Made by a program: the position numbers and the translations under genes | Assembly: GCF_009914755.1 (NCBI RefSeq) | Contig: NC_060941.1 | Length of the DNA stretch: 64,000 nucleotides | Strand: one strand, 5' to 3' | From: the human T2T-CHM13v2.0 reference genome, Homo sapiens | Shown: in pieces, positions 14,151 to 27,420 of the stretch | Numbering within the stretch: the stretch's first letter is position 1 | How the letters are laid out: every line of letters starts with the position of its first letter | Notes under the pieces: model-generated | Told to the model about the DNA's origin: nothing | Seen by the model: only the letters and a program-made list of their open reading frames with translations | Databases searched by the model: none

Positions 14151-15723
14151 AAAAATCTAAAGTAGGAAAAAAGAAAACTCACCATATAAGATTTTCTATT
14201 TTTGACCAATGTCATTAAAGCAAATCAAAGCCCTGGAATATCCACTATGGGTAAAATACTTATACCTCCCAAGAAAGACAAGTACACATTTTAAGTGGTA
14301 AGTTGGAAATGATCAAACATTAAAATGCATGACACTTGAATGGGCTGATATTCCAGGAATAATCGAGGAGCTAAAGGGAAGAGAAGCCACATCTGGCACG
14401 AATTCCTCCATGGCCATGAGTTACTCTACTTCTGGCCCCGAAGTGGAGGATGTTGGTCCCTCTGAAGCCTCATGCACATTCGGGAAGGGAGCAAATATCT
14501 ACAGGACACAAAGGGACCCGAGACACAAAACCCTCTGTGTGGCCATGTGCAGAGGAAGGGAGACAGGGCCTGATTTGTGTCTCCATCTGCTCTGGGCTGG
14601 CAAGAGCCTTCAGTGAGAGAAGTGCTCAGCAGCCCAAATGTGCTTATGATTTGTAAATAAAATAAAGTCAAACAACTGCAAGCAAACAGTGTGTGTGGTG
14701 TTCTTCTGCCCAAATTCAACCGTCGAGTCAGTGAAGGCTGGGTGTGTTAAGAAAGCAAATGTCTCTGGGGTCAGTGTAGCATTCTGGTTTAGAAATCGAG
14801 GATCTTGGCCTTCACTTTGAAAACAAAACTGTTCAATGTGCAAAACCGGACTTAACATAAATAATGCGGCAGCTATTATAGAGAGGCCTTTTCGATGCTG
14901 GTGGTCTCCAGACACTCACAGTCTGGCATTTCATGTTACATTTCAAAACCACGAATCATTATAAGTCACATAAATCTGTCACATCACTTGAATTTGTACA
15001 TCACCAAATCCCTGTCTAATTTTTCAAAGACTATCCCCTGCCCAAATGAAGTTGAGGCTCTCAGATCCGATGGGGTTTACTGCGTTGGCATATCACCCAT
15101 GTCACAGCTTGTCTTTCTATTATGTGAATGAAAATTTTCCAAGAATGTTGAACAGAGTTCAGTGTTACTAATAGTTGATACAATATTTAGGCAACCAAGT
15201 TATATTAGACATTGCTGTAAAACTCCTTTCTCACAAATCCACCTAAAGGAAGGCATGGCTGTTCCATATTGTTTGCCACTGTCATCTTAGTTACAATTTC
15301 AGAGCCGGCACAGCACAATCCAGCACTCAACTTGTGTTTCTGGGCTTCTCACCCATGCTTCTCCCTGGAAACTCAGCTTCTCTTTACTTCCCTCGGGATT
15401 TATAAACATCTCCTCGAGTTTGTTCTGTCCGATTTACCCACTCTTGTCACTCCTCACTCCAATTACAAGTCCCCCTTCCCCAGATTGTATTATTGCCTAT
15501 TGCATTTAAATAATTTAATTATATTATTAAAATTATTTTATTAAAGCATCACACACTAATGACATCAATATTATAAGGAAACATTTGATTTTTAAGGGGA
15601 AGGGAGGAATTTTCCATATTCCACGTTCACGTTTTAATCTCTTAACATGATCCCCATCACCATGCATACGATTGTTTCATTAGCTGCACCAAAAGTGAAA
15701 ACCTTTTTTTAAGAACTTATATT

Positions 15724-16003
15724 TGCCTGTAATTCCAGCACTTTGGGAGGCCGAGGCGGGTGGATCATGAGGTCAGGTGTTCAAGACCAGCCTGGCCAAG
15801 ATGGTGAAACCCTGTCTCTACTATAAATACAAAAACTAGCTGGGCGTGGTGGCGGGCGCCTGTAATCCCAGCTACTCGGGAGGTTGAGGCAGGGAATTGC
15901 TTGAACCTGAGAGGCGGAGATTGCAGAGAGCCAAGATTGCGCCACTGCACTCTAGCCTGGGTGACAGAGCAAGACTCTGTCTCAAAAAAAAAAAAAAAAA
16001 AAA
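15724..16003 (+). mobile_element. Alu (AluSg-like, slightly 5'-truncated)
   Basis: Dimer with poly-A. Imperfect TSD AAGAACTTATATT / AAGAGCTGATATT. Confidence 0.93.
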
Positions 16004-16368
16004 AGAGCTGATATTCAACCCTTCCTTTCTTCCTGTCATCTTTTCATCAATAAGGCTTCAGATCCCAGAAAATCCACTCCGACTATGTTATGGTGGTGTC
16101 TCTCCCATGTTTTCATACATGAGCTAACTGATCAGTTGCCACCTGGAGCTTGCCTTTCCTTTTCCCTCTTCTTTCCAGCCCCAGATCTATTGCTACCAGG
16201 CACTTATATCCCCCACGGTGTTCCACTATCCTCTGCCTATCATCTGCTGGATGTTACTATTACATGGTAGTGCCTACCACCCTACCGTGCACAAGCATCT
16301 CCTGCCAAGCACCACTGTCCCCCTTGTCAAAGTACTAGTGCTGCCTAAGGTGTAGAAAGAAGTGGAGG

Positions 16369-16640
16369 AGGCTGCACGCTGTGGCTCACGCCTGTAATCC
16401 CAGCACTTTGGGAGGCCAAGGTGGGCGGATCACGAGGTCAGGAGATTGAGGCCATCCTGGCCAACATGGTGAAACCCCGTCTCTCCTAAAATACAAAAAA
16501 TTAGCCGGGGTTGGTGGCGTGCGCCTGTAGTCCCAGCTACTCGGGAGGCTGAGGCAGGGGAATCGCTTGAGATCACACCACTGCACTCCAGCCTGGCAAC
16601 AGAGCAAGACTCCGTCAAAGAAAAAAAAAAAGAAAAAGAA
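16369..16640 (+). mobile_element. Alu (AluSc-like) with a deletion in the right arm
   Basis: AATCGCTTGA joins directly to GATCACACC. TSD AGAAAGAAGTGGAG on both sides. Confidence 0.93.
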
Positions 16641-17535
16641 AGAAAGAAGTGGAGGGAAGGTCTAGCCCTCTTTTGAGTTACCCTCTGTTGGCAGTGACCT
16701 GATCTGTGACTCTCTGTGCTCCATTTTCTCAAGAGATTATACTGAACTGGCTCATCCTCTTTTCATTTATTGTTCCCCTATTCAAAAAAAGACTTGAATA
16801 CAGGACTGATGGCATACCTGGTTTGGCTGAGTGACAGACAAACTGCTAAACTCAGAATGACCCTGCTCCTCCAGGCCCTGTCCTGACTTAGTACCTTTAA
16901 AAAAAATTAATGAAAGGAGCCTATTTTCCTGTTTCTTCTTTTCCTTTAAATGACCTCTAACTCAACAAGCTTCTCCTGTCTTCAGGAAAACTGACATCTG
17001 GTTGACCCACAGGAGCATGTCCTGATACATATGAGCTCTGGGGGTTAAAGCAGCTTAGACTAAAACTGAGGCAGCCACTGTACCTCTCTCATCAATGAAA
17101 TTTACAGTCTTTTGTAAAACTTTCCACTCAAACATCTTATGAAATTAGTTGATATAAAAATGAGTGATGCTGTTTTCTGAATGCATTCAACCATTTTTAA
17201 GTCTTGACTTAAATAAAAATCAAGACTTCTTAAGTCTTGATTTTTATTCCAGAATTTGGTCCACATATTTGATAACTTTATCAGGAATTTTTTTTTTTCC
17301 TAAGAGTGATGAGAAGTTTTTTGAAATGATTTAAGCATGTGGTTAAACAATATCAGATTTATAGCTCTCTGGCTGCCATGTGAGAATCCAATTAAGAGGA
17401 AGGTTAACATGTATATAGCTGTCCAGGAGAGATGATGGAAGATTGGATTCCAGTGGAAACAATGAAAGTGGATAAAGGATCTAAGAAATTTAAGAGATAT
17501 TTTGGAGATGAGACACAGACTTCATTCACTTTAGG

Positions 17536-17906
17536 TGTCTTTGTAAGCTTGGGTTGCCATAACAAAATACTGTAGACTGGATGGCATAAGCAACAGAAAT
17601 TTATTGTCTCACCATTCTGGAGGCTGTAAGTTTGCGATCAGGGTGCCAGCAGGGTTAGGTTCTGGTGAGGGCTCTCTTCCTGGCTTGCAGATAGCAGCCT
17701 GCTTACTTTGCCTTCACATTTCAGAGAAAGAAGGAGAGCTGTCTAATATCTCTTCTTGTAAGGGCACTGACTCCATTATTAGAACCCATCCTGAGGAACT
17801 CATCTGTACCTAATTACTTCTCAAAGGCCCCCTCTCTAAATACTATAACATTGGGAATTAGAGCCTCAACATATGAATTTTGGGGGACACAGTTTTGGCC
17901 ATAGCA
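17536..17906 (-). mobile_element. MLT1A-like MaLR solo LTR
   Basis: GCCATAACAAAATAC...AACAGAAATTTATT...TCTGGAGGCT...CATATGAATTTTGGGGGACAC matches reverse-complement MLT1A. Confidence 0.85.
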
Positions 17907-18429
17907 GCATGTGTACACACACACAAACACACACACAAACACAGAGACAGACAGAATGTACACCTGGAATCACGGTGACCTAAGTGGCCACAAAATCTTC
18001 ACCCATGTCTACTTGGGGAGAAGTTACTCTCTAGGTTTCAAAATCAACCTGGGTGATCTGTGATGGTGATGTCTGCAGCTTAAGATTTACACGTCATTAG
18101 CAAGTTAAATTACTTATCCTCTTCAATCTCGGTTTTCCCATCAGAAGACTGAAATTATTAAAATGTACTCTGTAGAAGCTCAGAAGTTCGAGATAGTACA
18201 TTCTGAGGGCCTGTCTGAGATCCTGCTATATTTTAAGACAGAAATGGTTGTCAGATTTTAAAGCTGATGTTCTGCATGTTTTCTAGAAAACAGAGTCAGA
18301 GAATAAGAATTTATTAGTGTTTATCCAACATTCTCTTCAAGTCAGTAGACATGAGTCACCAGAAGTGTACTCTGCATTTAAACATTGGTGTTTTCTGTAA
18401 CTTTAAAAATGGTCAAAACTATGTATGTA

Positions 18430-18950
18430 GTCAGGAGTTCTATGCATTGAGGACCAGCTCTGTGCCAGGTACAATGCTGAGGACTTGGGACCTAGCGGTG
18501 AGCCAAAAAAAAAAATGTCCTGGTCTCAGCCTCCCTGGAGCTCGCCGTCTACTATGAATATAGATTTTGAATAAGTGGCTGTAAGTTAGAGGGCTGTGAA
18601 ATGGGAAGTCTGTGGTGGATGGGAGCAGGTAACAGGGGGAGCTAAACCAGTCTTGGCGATCAGTCAAGCCATCTTTGAGGAAACAACCATTGGGTTGAGA
18701 TTTGAAGGATGAACAAGAATGATATAGGTGAAAATGGGGAAAGAAGCATATCAGGCAGAGAACAGTTTGGAGACACAAAAGAATATGGCTCCTTAGAGAA
18801 ACTAATAGAAAAAGTGGTGCATTCAAGAGTAGAGTGAGCAGGACACAATGGTCCAGGATGAGGCCAGGGCACCAGACAGAGGACAGAGCGTGGAGGGTCT
18901 TATAAACCTTATTAAGATTGTTGGATAGTTGTGAGGACAAAAAATAGAAA
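18430..18950 (-). mobile_element. L2 3' fragment
   Basis: CTCTGTGCCAGGTACAATGCTGAGG followed by purine-rich L2 body. Confidence 0.7.
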
Positions 18951-19269
18951 GCTAATGAAGAATTGCAATGAAATATCACACAGAGATTTTCTACCCTCTA
19001 ATCAAGAAATAGTAGTAGCAAGAACTATGACAGAGTAAAGGATACCAAAAGGCATCACAAAGAATAGTGACCACCACGAATTTTGAGGGATTCTGTCTCC
19101 TTCTTTAAGAAAATGCCGAGCAGTAACTCTAAGAGGCAGCTACCAAGAGATATTGGTAGAAAGAAATGGAAGGTAATTCTGTCCAGACATAAAGACATTT
19201 TTAGGCCTACAAATAAATAAGATTAACACAACATCCTATGACACTAGGTAAATGGAGTGAAAATATGTC

Positions 19270-19700
19270 TATTGGTTAAAAATTATTATGTTGCAAATAA
19301 CAGAAAACCCAATACTCACACTAGCTTGAGTAATTAAATTAATTGTCTCAAATAATTGGAAATCCAGAAATAAGGCAGCTTCCAAGGTGAGCTAAAGCTG
19401 GATTCCAGATCTATTTCTCTGCATTTCTCTTAGCTGTACCCTTCTCTGTGATGGCTACGTTTTCTCCTGGTGGCAACATGGCTAGGGTACCACACACACC
19501 ACCCAGGAGACGAGAGAGTGCTTCTTCCAGTGGGCCTCTATTAAAAGCAGAGAAGCTTATTTCCCAGAAACCTTGAGCAATCTTTTCCTCATATGATTCA
19601 AATTGGGTCCCATAACCATTTTTGAAAGAATCTCTGTGATTGGGAGGGTTTCCTTGTGCTGAGCGGCTGAGACCCAAGCTCCTGTTCCAGTTAATGTGGG
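19270..19700 (-). mobile_element. Old MLT1 (J/K-like) LTR fragment
   Basis: GTTGCAAATAACAGAAAACCCAA...AGCTTGAGTAA start typical of old MLT1. Confidence 0.55.
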
Positions 19701-19879
19701 GAGCTTGACGGGACCCCCATTGGACAGGTCAGGCTCACCCCCACCGATGGGGGACAGTGATCACCTCTTGAAACACCTGAGATGTATGGGGGAGAGATCG
19801 AACATAGATAAATCAGGATCTTGTTAGGAAAGAGAAAGCGAGGAATGGATTCTGGGTAGAAACCAACAATCGCTTACCC

Positions 19880-20078
19880 CAGGGATGGGCAAACTTTTTC
19901 TGTAAAGGGACAGATAGTAAACATTTTAGGCTGTTGCAACTACTCCACTCTGTCTTTGTAATGGGAAAGCAGTTGTATAGACAATACGTAAATGAATGTG
20001 CATGGTTATGTTCCAATAAAACTTTATTTACAAAAATAGGTCAAACGTGGCTCCCAGGCCAAAAGTTATTGACCCTTG
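19880..20078 (+). mobile_element. MER58A (hAT-Charlie MITE)
   Basis: CAGGGATGGGCAAACTTTTTCTGTAAAGGG...GTTCCAATAAAACTTTATTTACAAAAA...GACCCTTG. Confidence 0.88.
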
Positions 20079-21455
20079 ATTCATTCTATCCTATATTAAT
20101 CAGCACATTTTAGCTTTCTCCTCTAGATTATTTTCCATCTGAAATTAATCTTGTTGTGAATTTGCTTGTTAATTTTTACCTTATTTCATTCATGTATAAA
20201 ATTGCTGGGGCCAGCGTGCAAGTGGCAATGAGTGGTTACAAGACAGCAAGGTAAAGAATGTATTTTATCCTGGAGTCCTGCACTCTGTGGGTAGACTCCT
20301 ATAGGGATGGCTGCTTTGTCATGCTGTGACATTTTCAGATGGTGTTCTTTGAAAAGCTTTAAACTTAATCCAAATAAAGAATGCAGACCTCATTTCATAT
20401 TCATTGCCTTGCACACTAACAAAGCTTTAGAAATTTTGCTAAATGTGGACTTGGACATGAGTCATATGATTTTTACTAGTGGAGTCATAGCTAAATTAGA
20501 AAGACAAGACACAAAGACATTAAGGGACATTAAAGGTGACAAATATGATATGTTACTGGGACTGAGGAGCCAGCGCTTGTATGCTCTTCCTGGTCTTTGT
20601 CGATTTTGGAATAGAGATTGGGAAATTAAATTCCAAGAAGGGAAAGAGAAGCATTTACTTTCAAGTTGCAAGGAGCAAAGAAAGAGTAAATACTTTCCCA
20701 CTGAGCACGATACTGCTCATTTTCTGGCACCATGTTTGACAAGAAGTGATTTCTGACTCACTTGCAAAATAATCTCTTCAGATTTCAACTGAGGAGACTT
20801 GGATGAAGTCAAGAGTTGCAAAATGGACGCTTGGAATCAGAAGAGCCACTAAAACCAGGGAGGAAGAATGGGGTGGGTGAAAAAGGAAACATAAGGCAGA
20901 AAACTGCAGATATCAGAAAAATGTTACATATAAAAGATGCAATAATACCGATCAATCATGAGACATCATCACTGGCTGGAAGGAAACAGTTGAGATGTGT
21001 CACTTCAAATTTTTGTGAGTCTGAAAGGCACCAATAAAGAATGAAGGAATAAGTCACATTTGCAAAAATCAAGAAATTATATTTGTATAGTTTCTAAACC
21101 CATTGACAAATTTAGGGTTGACAGAATATTGTGGAGCTGTTACCTTTGGCCGGGCAACCATGAGGAGGTGTTATCGATCCAAATTGCCTTGACTGAATCT
21201 TTGTTTACCCCTCACACTGTAAAGGTTTCTTTTTTCTTTTTTCCTTTTAACAATATAAAGAATTAGAAGTTAGGTATCAGTCCTCAAAAATCTTTCTTTG
21301 TGCTCTTGTCCAATTCAAATGTTTACGAAGTTGCATCATGAATAGAAAGTTGTAGAAGGCTTGCAGCCTCCTGTGAATACGCAAATAAAGATAATAATTC
21401 AGAAAAACATTGAAAAACAACTTGACAAGAGGATAGAAGTGTGAACATAGCATTA

Positions 21456-21766
<311 letters not shown>

Positions 21767-22279
21767 TACGGGAAACTAGCTGGCCTGCACAGGGAAGACT
21801 GGAGTGGCCTGCTCTATCAGGGGGTGCCATCTCTCAGAGTAAAGTGGGAATGAAATCAGGAAAGATCTCAAGAGCTGTGCATTCCGAGGATTTTTGCTTT
21901 GCAAGCACTGCATCAGTTCAGAAACCCAAGAACCAAGTGGTAAGGAGTGATGGAACAGGGTGCTCTCATAGAAGAATGGAAACATACACGTGACAACCTG
22001 CTGGAAGCCAGAAATTAGACTAGAGCATAAAAATACTTTATAAGCTCTAGAGTTTGGAAGTGGATTTACCATAACAGAGTGTACAGATAGTAAGACCAAG
22101 ATCCACCCTTTCACTTAATCTCCATGTGGGAATTGAGTCTGGATGGGTTTTTCTTGTTCAAGGATGTGAAGTTTGTAACATCGCCAAAAGTTTAACAAGG
22201 AGTTCATTAAAACTATACTCTAGCACAATAGAAAAGGACAGCATTTTGATGGCTAAGAAGAAGCATCTGAATATTATCT

Positions 22280-24950
22280 CATGCAGAATCCATGTGAAAA
22301 TTCAGACAACTATTTAGCTTTCGCAACTTGGTTAAAGACGCCATACTCTGCGTGCCTCATCAGAAAGACTGAATAGATTGAGATAAAGGCAACTTGAGTT
22401 TGAGCAATAAAATTTGTGAAAGAGAAGAATATGGAATTGCTTTCAAGACATAGAAACTGGGATATAGACAATCTGCAAGAAATTAAAGACGTAGTAGCAG
22501 AATTAAAATCAGCCTCCAAGGCAGTAAAGAGCAATAAAAAATGATGCCATAGAGGCCAAATTTGCAAATTTCCCAGCAAGGGCATGGCTCCAATATATTT
22601 CTTTAGCTTTTAGCCACTCACCCCTTGGTCCCTCGTCTTCAGTCACAGGTTTTCTTTTCTTTCCTCAAATACATCAAGCTTTTCCCCTCCAGGACCTGTC
22701 ATTACTTCTGGCTTGAATGTATTCCTCCGTCCTGTTCACTAGGCTGGGTTTGAATCCCAGCTAAGGCAATTTGCCTGATGTCTTGGAGACTCTGTCTCCT
22801 TATCTGTAAACCCAATTAACACCGTATCTTCTTCACTCTGCTGTCATGAGAATTCAAGGAGAAATTACTCTTTTAATGACTATCTTGCAGACGAGACTAA
22901 CAATAAGCTCCAAAATACCAAATATTTGCCTTTTTATTTGTCCTTGTATACTTTGTACCTAAAAGACATAGCAAATGTTATAAAAGTTAAAGTTGAAGCT
23001 ATAGTAGAAGAACATTTCTAACTTTTTATGTGTTCAGTGAGAACACTTATAATCTACCCTCTTAGTAAATTTCAGGTATACAGTATTGTTAACTATGGGA
23101 AGACATCTTCTGAGCCAAAAGAGTTATCCATACAGAATAATGCTCAGTGTGTTTCACTCAGATTTACACCAAGACACAATCTTTATAAAACTCTTTAACT
23201 ATATAGACAAAGAAAATTTCAACTTCTACATAAGAAAATAGTTTTAAAAGTAATCCATCAGTAGGTAAGTAAAAGTTAGGCTGATTCATCTAACTTCTTG
23301 GCCTTAAATGCTAGAAGACAACAGGGAACCTCAAAGCAATTCTGAGAAGAAAAGGTTGGGATACAAGGATTTTATAGTGTTAAGCTGTGTTTTTATATGT
23401 GAAGGCAACAGAAATACACCCTCAAAAGAAAGGAGTCAGAAGATACTAGGCATATACTCTTCCTGGAAAAGAGTTCCTTGAAGAAGTGTTGTAACCAACT
23501 GTAAACTCAAAATCAGATGTTTGAAGCTGGGAAAAATAATCATAAAAGTATTGGCAGTGTGCACTGAAACAAGTTAAGCTGAAGAGAGATCCAAATAATT
23601 GTAAACCTGTCATAAAACTGAATGCAAATGACCATTGTCCTCACAAAAGATAAAATTTTTTAATGAAAAGTGATATGAATAATCTCAATCTATAAAACCA
23701 TATTACATTAACAAAGACCAAGATGTGAATGGAGAAAAGAAAATGTAAACATACGTTAAATATTTTGCTTATATTAGGGTGACTGAAAAAATACAAGTTC
23801 CTTAATTCTAATAATTTGCAAACTGATAGGTGAAAGAATATATTTTAAAAGCCTAAAGATAATTCGTCAGAGAAAAGGAAATTTTTTTCTTTTTTAAAAA
23901 AAAGCTTTGTCTGCTTAAGAAAAAAGAAAGTAAAGAGAAATCTCAAGATGCAAAAACAGAAAGGAAAGAAGACATAGACAAAATATAGTATTTACCAGAG
24001 TAACTAGAAATGAGATAAACTCAATTATTCTAGAGGAGATCCTCAAATTTGTATGTTAATAAAGCAAAGTCCAGTTATCGTCTATTTACTTAAGACATAC
24101 CTAAAACAAATTCATATAAAAATGTAACAAGGCAAATGCAAGCAAAAAGAAAAACATGAATTGTAATATTAATAGAGGACTATGTAGAATTTAAGAATGA
24201 GAGCATCAAATGAGACTGAGGTGAAGGACACTATTTGAATGTGTAAAAACTAGAAGTTTGTGTGGTGACAGAGCACCAGGAAACCTTTCTGTGCCAAAAT
24301 CAGTGCTTAAAATGTACGTAAAGCTAAAACTCTTAGAAGTACAAGGAGAAATTTGTAGAGACATATCTATCTCAAAGTAATTAAAGAATAAGGAATAATA
24401 TGGCAACATATTAATAAAAGTAATAAGGTTTATTTTAAAAATACATTTTGAACTATGAATTCTACAAAAAGTGAGTGTACCCCCTCCCAGAAAATAGGGG
24501 ACTTTTAAAAAAGTACTATGTATTAAGCTTCAGATGAAATCTCCAGCTTCAAAACATAGAGATAAAATAAATATAAGAAGCCTTTCCCTATTTACCTCTA
24601 AGAAGTATTTAGAAAATATAGTAGAAAAAGATCCTAATCACTAAAGCAATCACAAATATAAACTGCCTGGGAATAAGCTTCAAAATAAAAGTACAGATAA
24701 AAAAAAAAACAATAAAATTTCTTGACAAGTGTAGAGTGAAATGGAAATCCATGGAGAAGCACATCCTGTTCAGGGGGTAGCAGGACCTAATAGTGAGAAG
24801 ACATTTGTTCTCCCCTCAGATCTTGAATTTCAATGCAATTTCAAGTAACATTGAAATGGAATTTAGGAGAAACCTAGATTTCCTCTTTGGGAAAAAAGTG
24901 TGAAAATAGCCAAGAAAACTGTGAAATGAAAGAGTAATTTAAAAAGTATA
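22280..24950 (+). mobile_element. Very old HAL1/L1ME-like fragments (ORF1-like, then ORF2-like), with small L2/MIR/L1 inserts
   Basis: A-rich sequence with ORF1-like motifs (AATGCTAGAAGACAA; TGTGAAGGCAACAGAAA) and degraded endonuclease-like stretches. Boundaries are uncertain. Confidence 0.5.
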
Positions 24951-25066
24951 ATGCTATTGTGAATGTCTGAGGAAACTCTAACAAGTACTTCCTAAGTGCA
25001 ACTCACTATAGAGGCAACCAAAGTGTGTAGGGAAGAGAAGCCATCTTCAAGAGGAAGAGTCTGGGA

Positions 25067-25226
25067 CAGTGGTTCTAAGTGTGGTCCTAAGACCAGCAGC
25101 TGAGGCATCACCTTGACACTTATTAGAAATGCAAGTTCTCAGGCCCCACCCCAGAAGGTGGGGCCCAGGAATCTGTGTTTCAATGTACTCTTTAGAAAAT
25201 TCCACAGTGAAGTTTGAGAACCACTC
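25067..25226. mobile_element. MER5A (hAT-Charlie MITE)
   Basis: Terminal inverted repeats CAGTGGTTCT...GAGAACCACT, with internal TTAGAAATGCAAGTTCTCAGGCCCCACCCCAGA. Confidence 0.88.
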
Positions 25227-26314
25227 ATCTATGTATAGTATACTCACTTATCCGAACCAGAAACTTGGTTGCACAGTTATGGTAATGCAATGGAAATTAA
25301 CAGAATGAAAATAATTCTAGATGGCAGAATCAGGAGGATGAAAGAGTAAAGGGAATCTCCTATTAGTGCAGACTAAAAAGTCTAGGACTGAGAAGTTACT
25401 TAACAGGAGTCTCAGGTCTAGGTCCTTACTCTTTTATAACACAGCCGGGTGACCTTGGAGTTGTTGCTTCATGCTTCACCTCACTTGTGGCCTGCATTCC
25501 TTAGATCCCTTGTCTTTGTGATGATGGGTGGAACGTGGTGACATGGGAAGTCCCTTTCCATCCTAAAATGCTTCTGAATTTATAATAAAATTGTACATCC
25601 ACAAAACTCAGCTGGAAATGTACAAAAGATCCAGCTTTATTTTTTCTATAATTTAACTTAGTTTCTACCTCAATACTCCATTTCTTCTGCTGGCAGAGAA
25701 AAATAGAACTTCGTCATTTCTCAGAAGATCCATTTCAGTATAAATCACTTAATCCTGGATTTCAGACCTTCCTCTGTCCTTGGTGGCACTGAAGTCCTGA
25801 GGACTGCACATAGAAGAACAATATGGGACTAGAGTGGAGGTGCATGTGCCCCACACCTTTCGTCTGTCCTAAGCATGGCATTCACTGGAATGTTCTATGC
25901 TTCCTGGACATCCCTCCCTGTGGGTGTCTGTTGTTCTAATGATCCCATCCAGCCTCCAGAGCTACACAGTCCATGCTATTTTCTGTAACAGCATCTTCTC
26001 CTACTGGCAATGAGACCTCTTTAGGTCCATAACCTTTTACCCAGCTAACTCCAGTGCCTCTCATTTCACCTGGAGACCCTAGGACTCTGAGAGGCTGTTT
26101 GAGATACTCTCTGCACCTTCTATCGCACAAAACCATGTGTCCTCTTTCTGCTTTATCATGGTTGTTGAGGTTGCCTGAGAGGTTGCACTTGGCTGTTTAG
26201 TGCTGTTCGGTTTCTGATCCACGTAGATGTTTACATGGTTGTGGAGCACAGATACATGTTTTCTAATTCAAAGGAATTCCCCCACCCCCAAGTTTCTAGA
26301 AGTAAAAAAGATTC

Positions 26315-26550
26315 TTTGAAATTAAAAACTCACCAGGCAAGTTAAATTCTAGACTTGACACAACTGAAAAAAGAATTATTGAATTAGAAGATCATACTAA
26401 GAAAATAACCTAGAATGCAGCATCAAAGTCACTTGAAAACAAGAAAAGTTACAATGAAAGAAAGGTGACTGAGGGGTTTTAACATGTTTCTAGTAAGAGC
26501 TATTGTATAAGGAATAGATGGGACGGCCAAGAAATAACATTCAATGAAAC
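26315..26550 (+). mobile_element. L1M ORF1 coiled-coil fragment
   Basis: GAAATTAAAAACTCA...AGACTTGACACAACTGAAAAAAGAATTATTGAATTAGAAGAT resembles L1 ORF1. Confidence 0.6.
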
Positions 26551-26551
26551 A

Positions 26552-27420
26552 TCCTTTGTTGATCAACAAATTATAGATTTTTGTAAATGTTCCATGCATG
26601 CTTACAAGAATGTATATCCTGCAGTTGCTACGTACAATTCTGTATATTGTCCATTAGGTCAGGGTTGCTGCTCGTGTCCCTCAAATAGTCTATTCCTTAT
26701 TAACTCTTAACCTGCTTGTTCTAGGACTGTGAAATAGATGTGTTTTTTCTCCCATATGGCTGCATAGAAATCCAGAATTATCTCCTTCTGATGAACTGAA
26801 ATATTTATCGTTATGAACCGTCCCTCTGCACTCTAATAGTACTTTTTGTCTAAAAGAAGAATCTGATATTAATACAGCCACACCAACTTTATTTTGGTCA
26901 GCGTTTTGCATGACATACCTTTGTCCATCTGTCTTCTTTAAACCTGCCTGTGTCCTTCTGATTGGATGGGATTCATTTAAATATCATCAAGCTTTTATCT
27001 AGTATGATAATCGTTTATTTTCAATTGGAACATTTAGTCCAGTTACAATTAGTGATTACTGATGCATGTGAATTTCAAACTGCCATCTTAATCTGTGTTA
27101 TTTGTCTTGTTCTATTTATTCCATTTTAATCCTTGTTTTATCTTGGAGACAAGAGTTAGTGGTTACTCTACGGATGACATCACATATTTATAATTTATCA
27201 AAATCTAATATTAACTGATATTTTATTCCCTTCCTGGACAAGGCAAAAACCATTGAACCCTTTAACTATTTTAATCCTTTGACTTATATCCCATTATTGT
27301 CATGCATTTTGATTCTTTCCAAATTTTGAACTTCACCAAAACATTGTTAATATTTATTGATAGAGTCAACATTTATATAAATTTACCCACGTACTTACAT
27401 ATACTTTATCATTAAGAAGT
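26552..27420 (-). mobile_element. L1M ORF2 endonuclease region
   Basis: Minus-strand ORF QNADQNKVGVAVLISD matches the L1 endonuclease motif (K.GVAIL.SD). Confidence 0.75.

Noticed and set aside
18440-18979. Longest ORF in the window (179 aa, minus strand)
   Set aside because: Lies within a degraded L2. Its Leu/Ser/Phe bias reflects the pyrimidine-rich strand.
20307-20756. 149-aa ORF in apparently non-repeat sequence
   Set aside because: No recognisable domain and no supporting exon structure. An ORF of this length can occur by chance in 64 kb.
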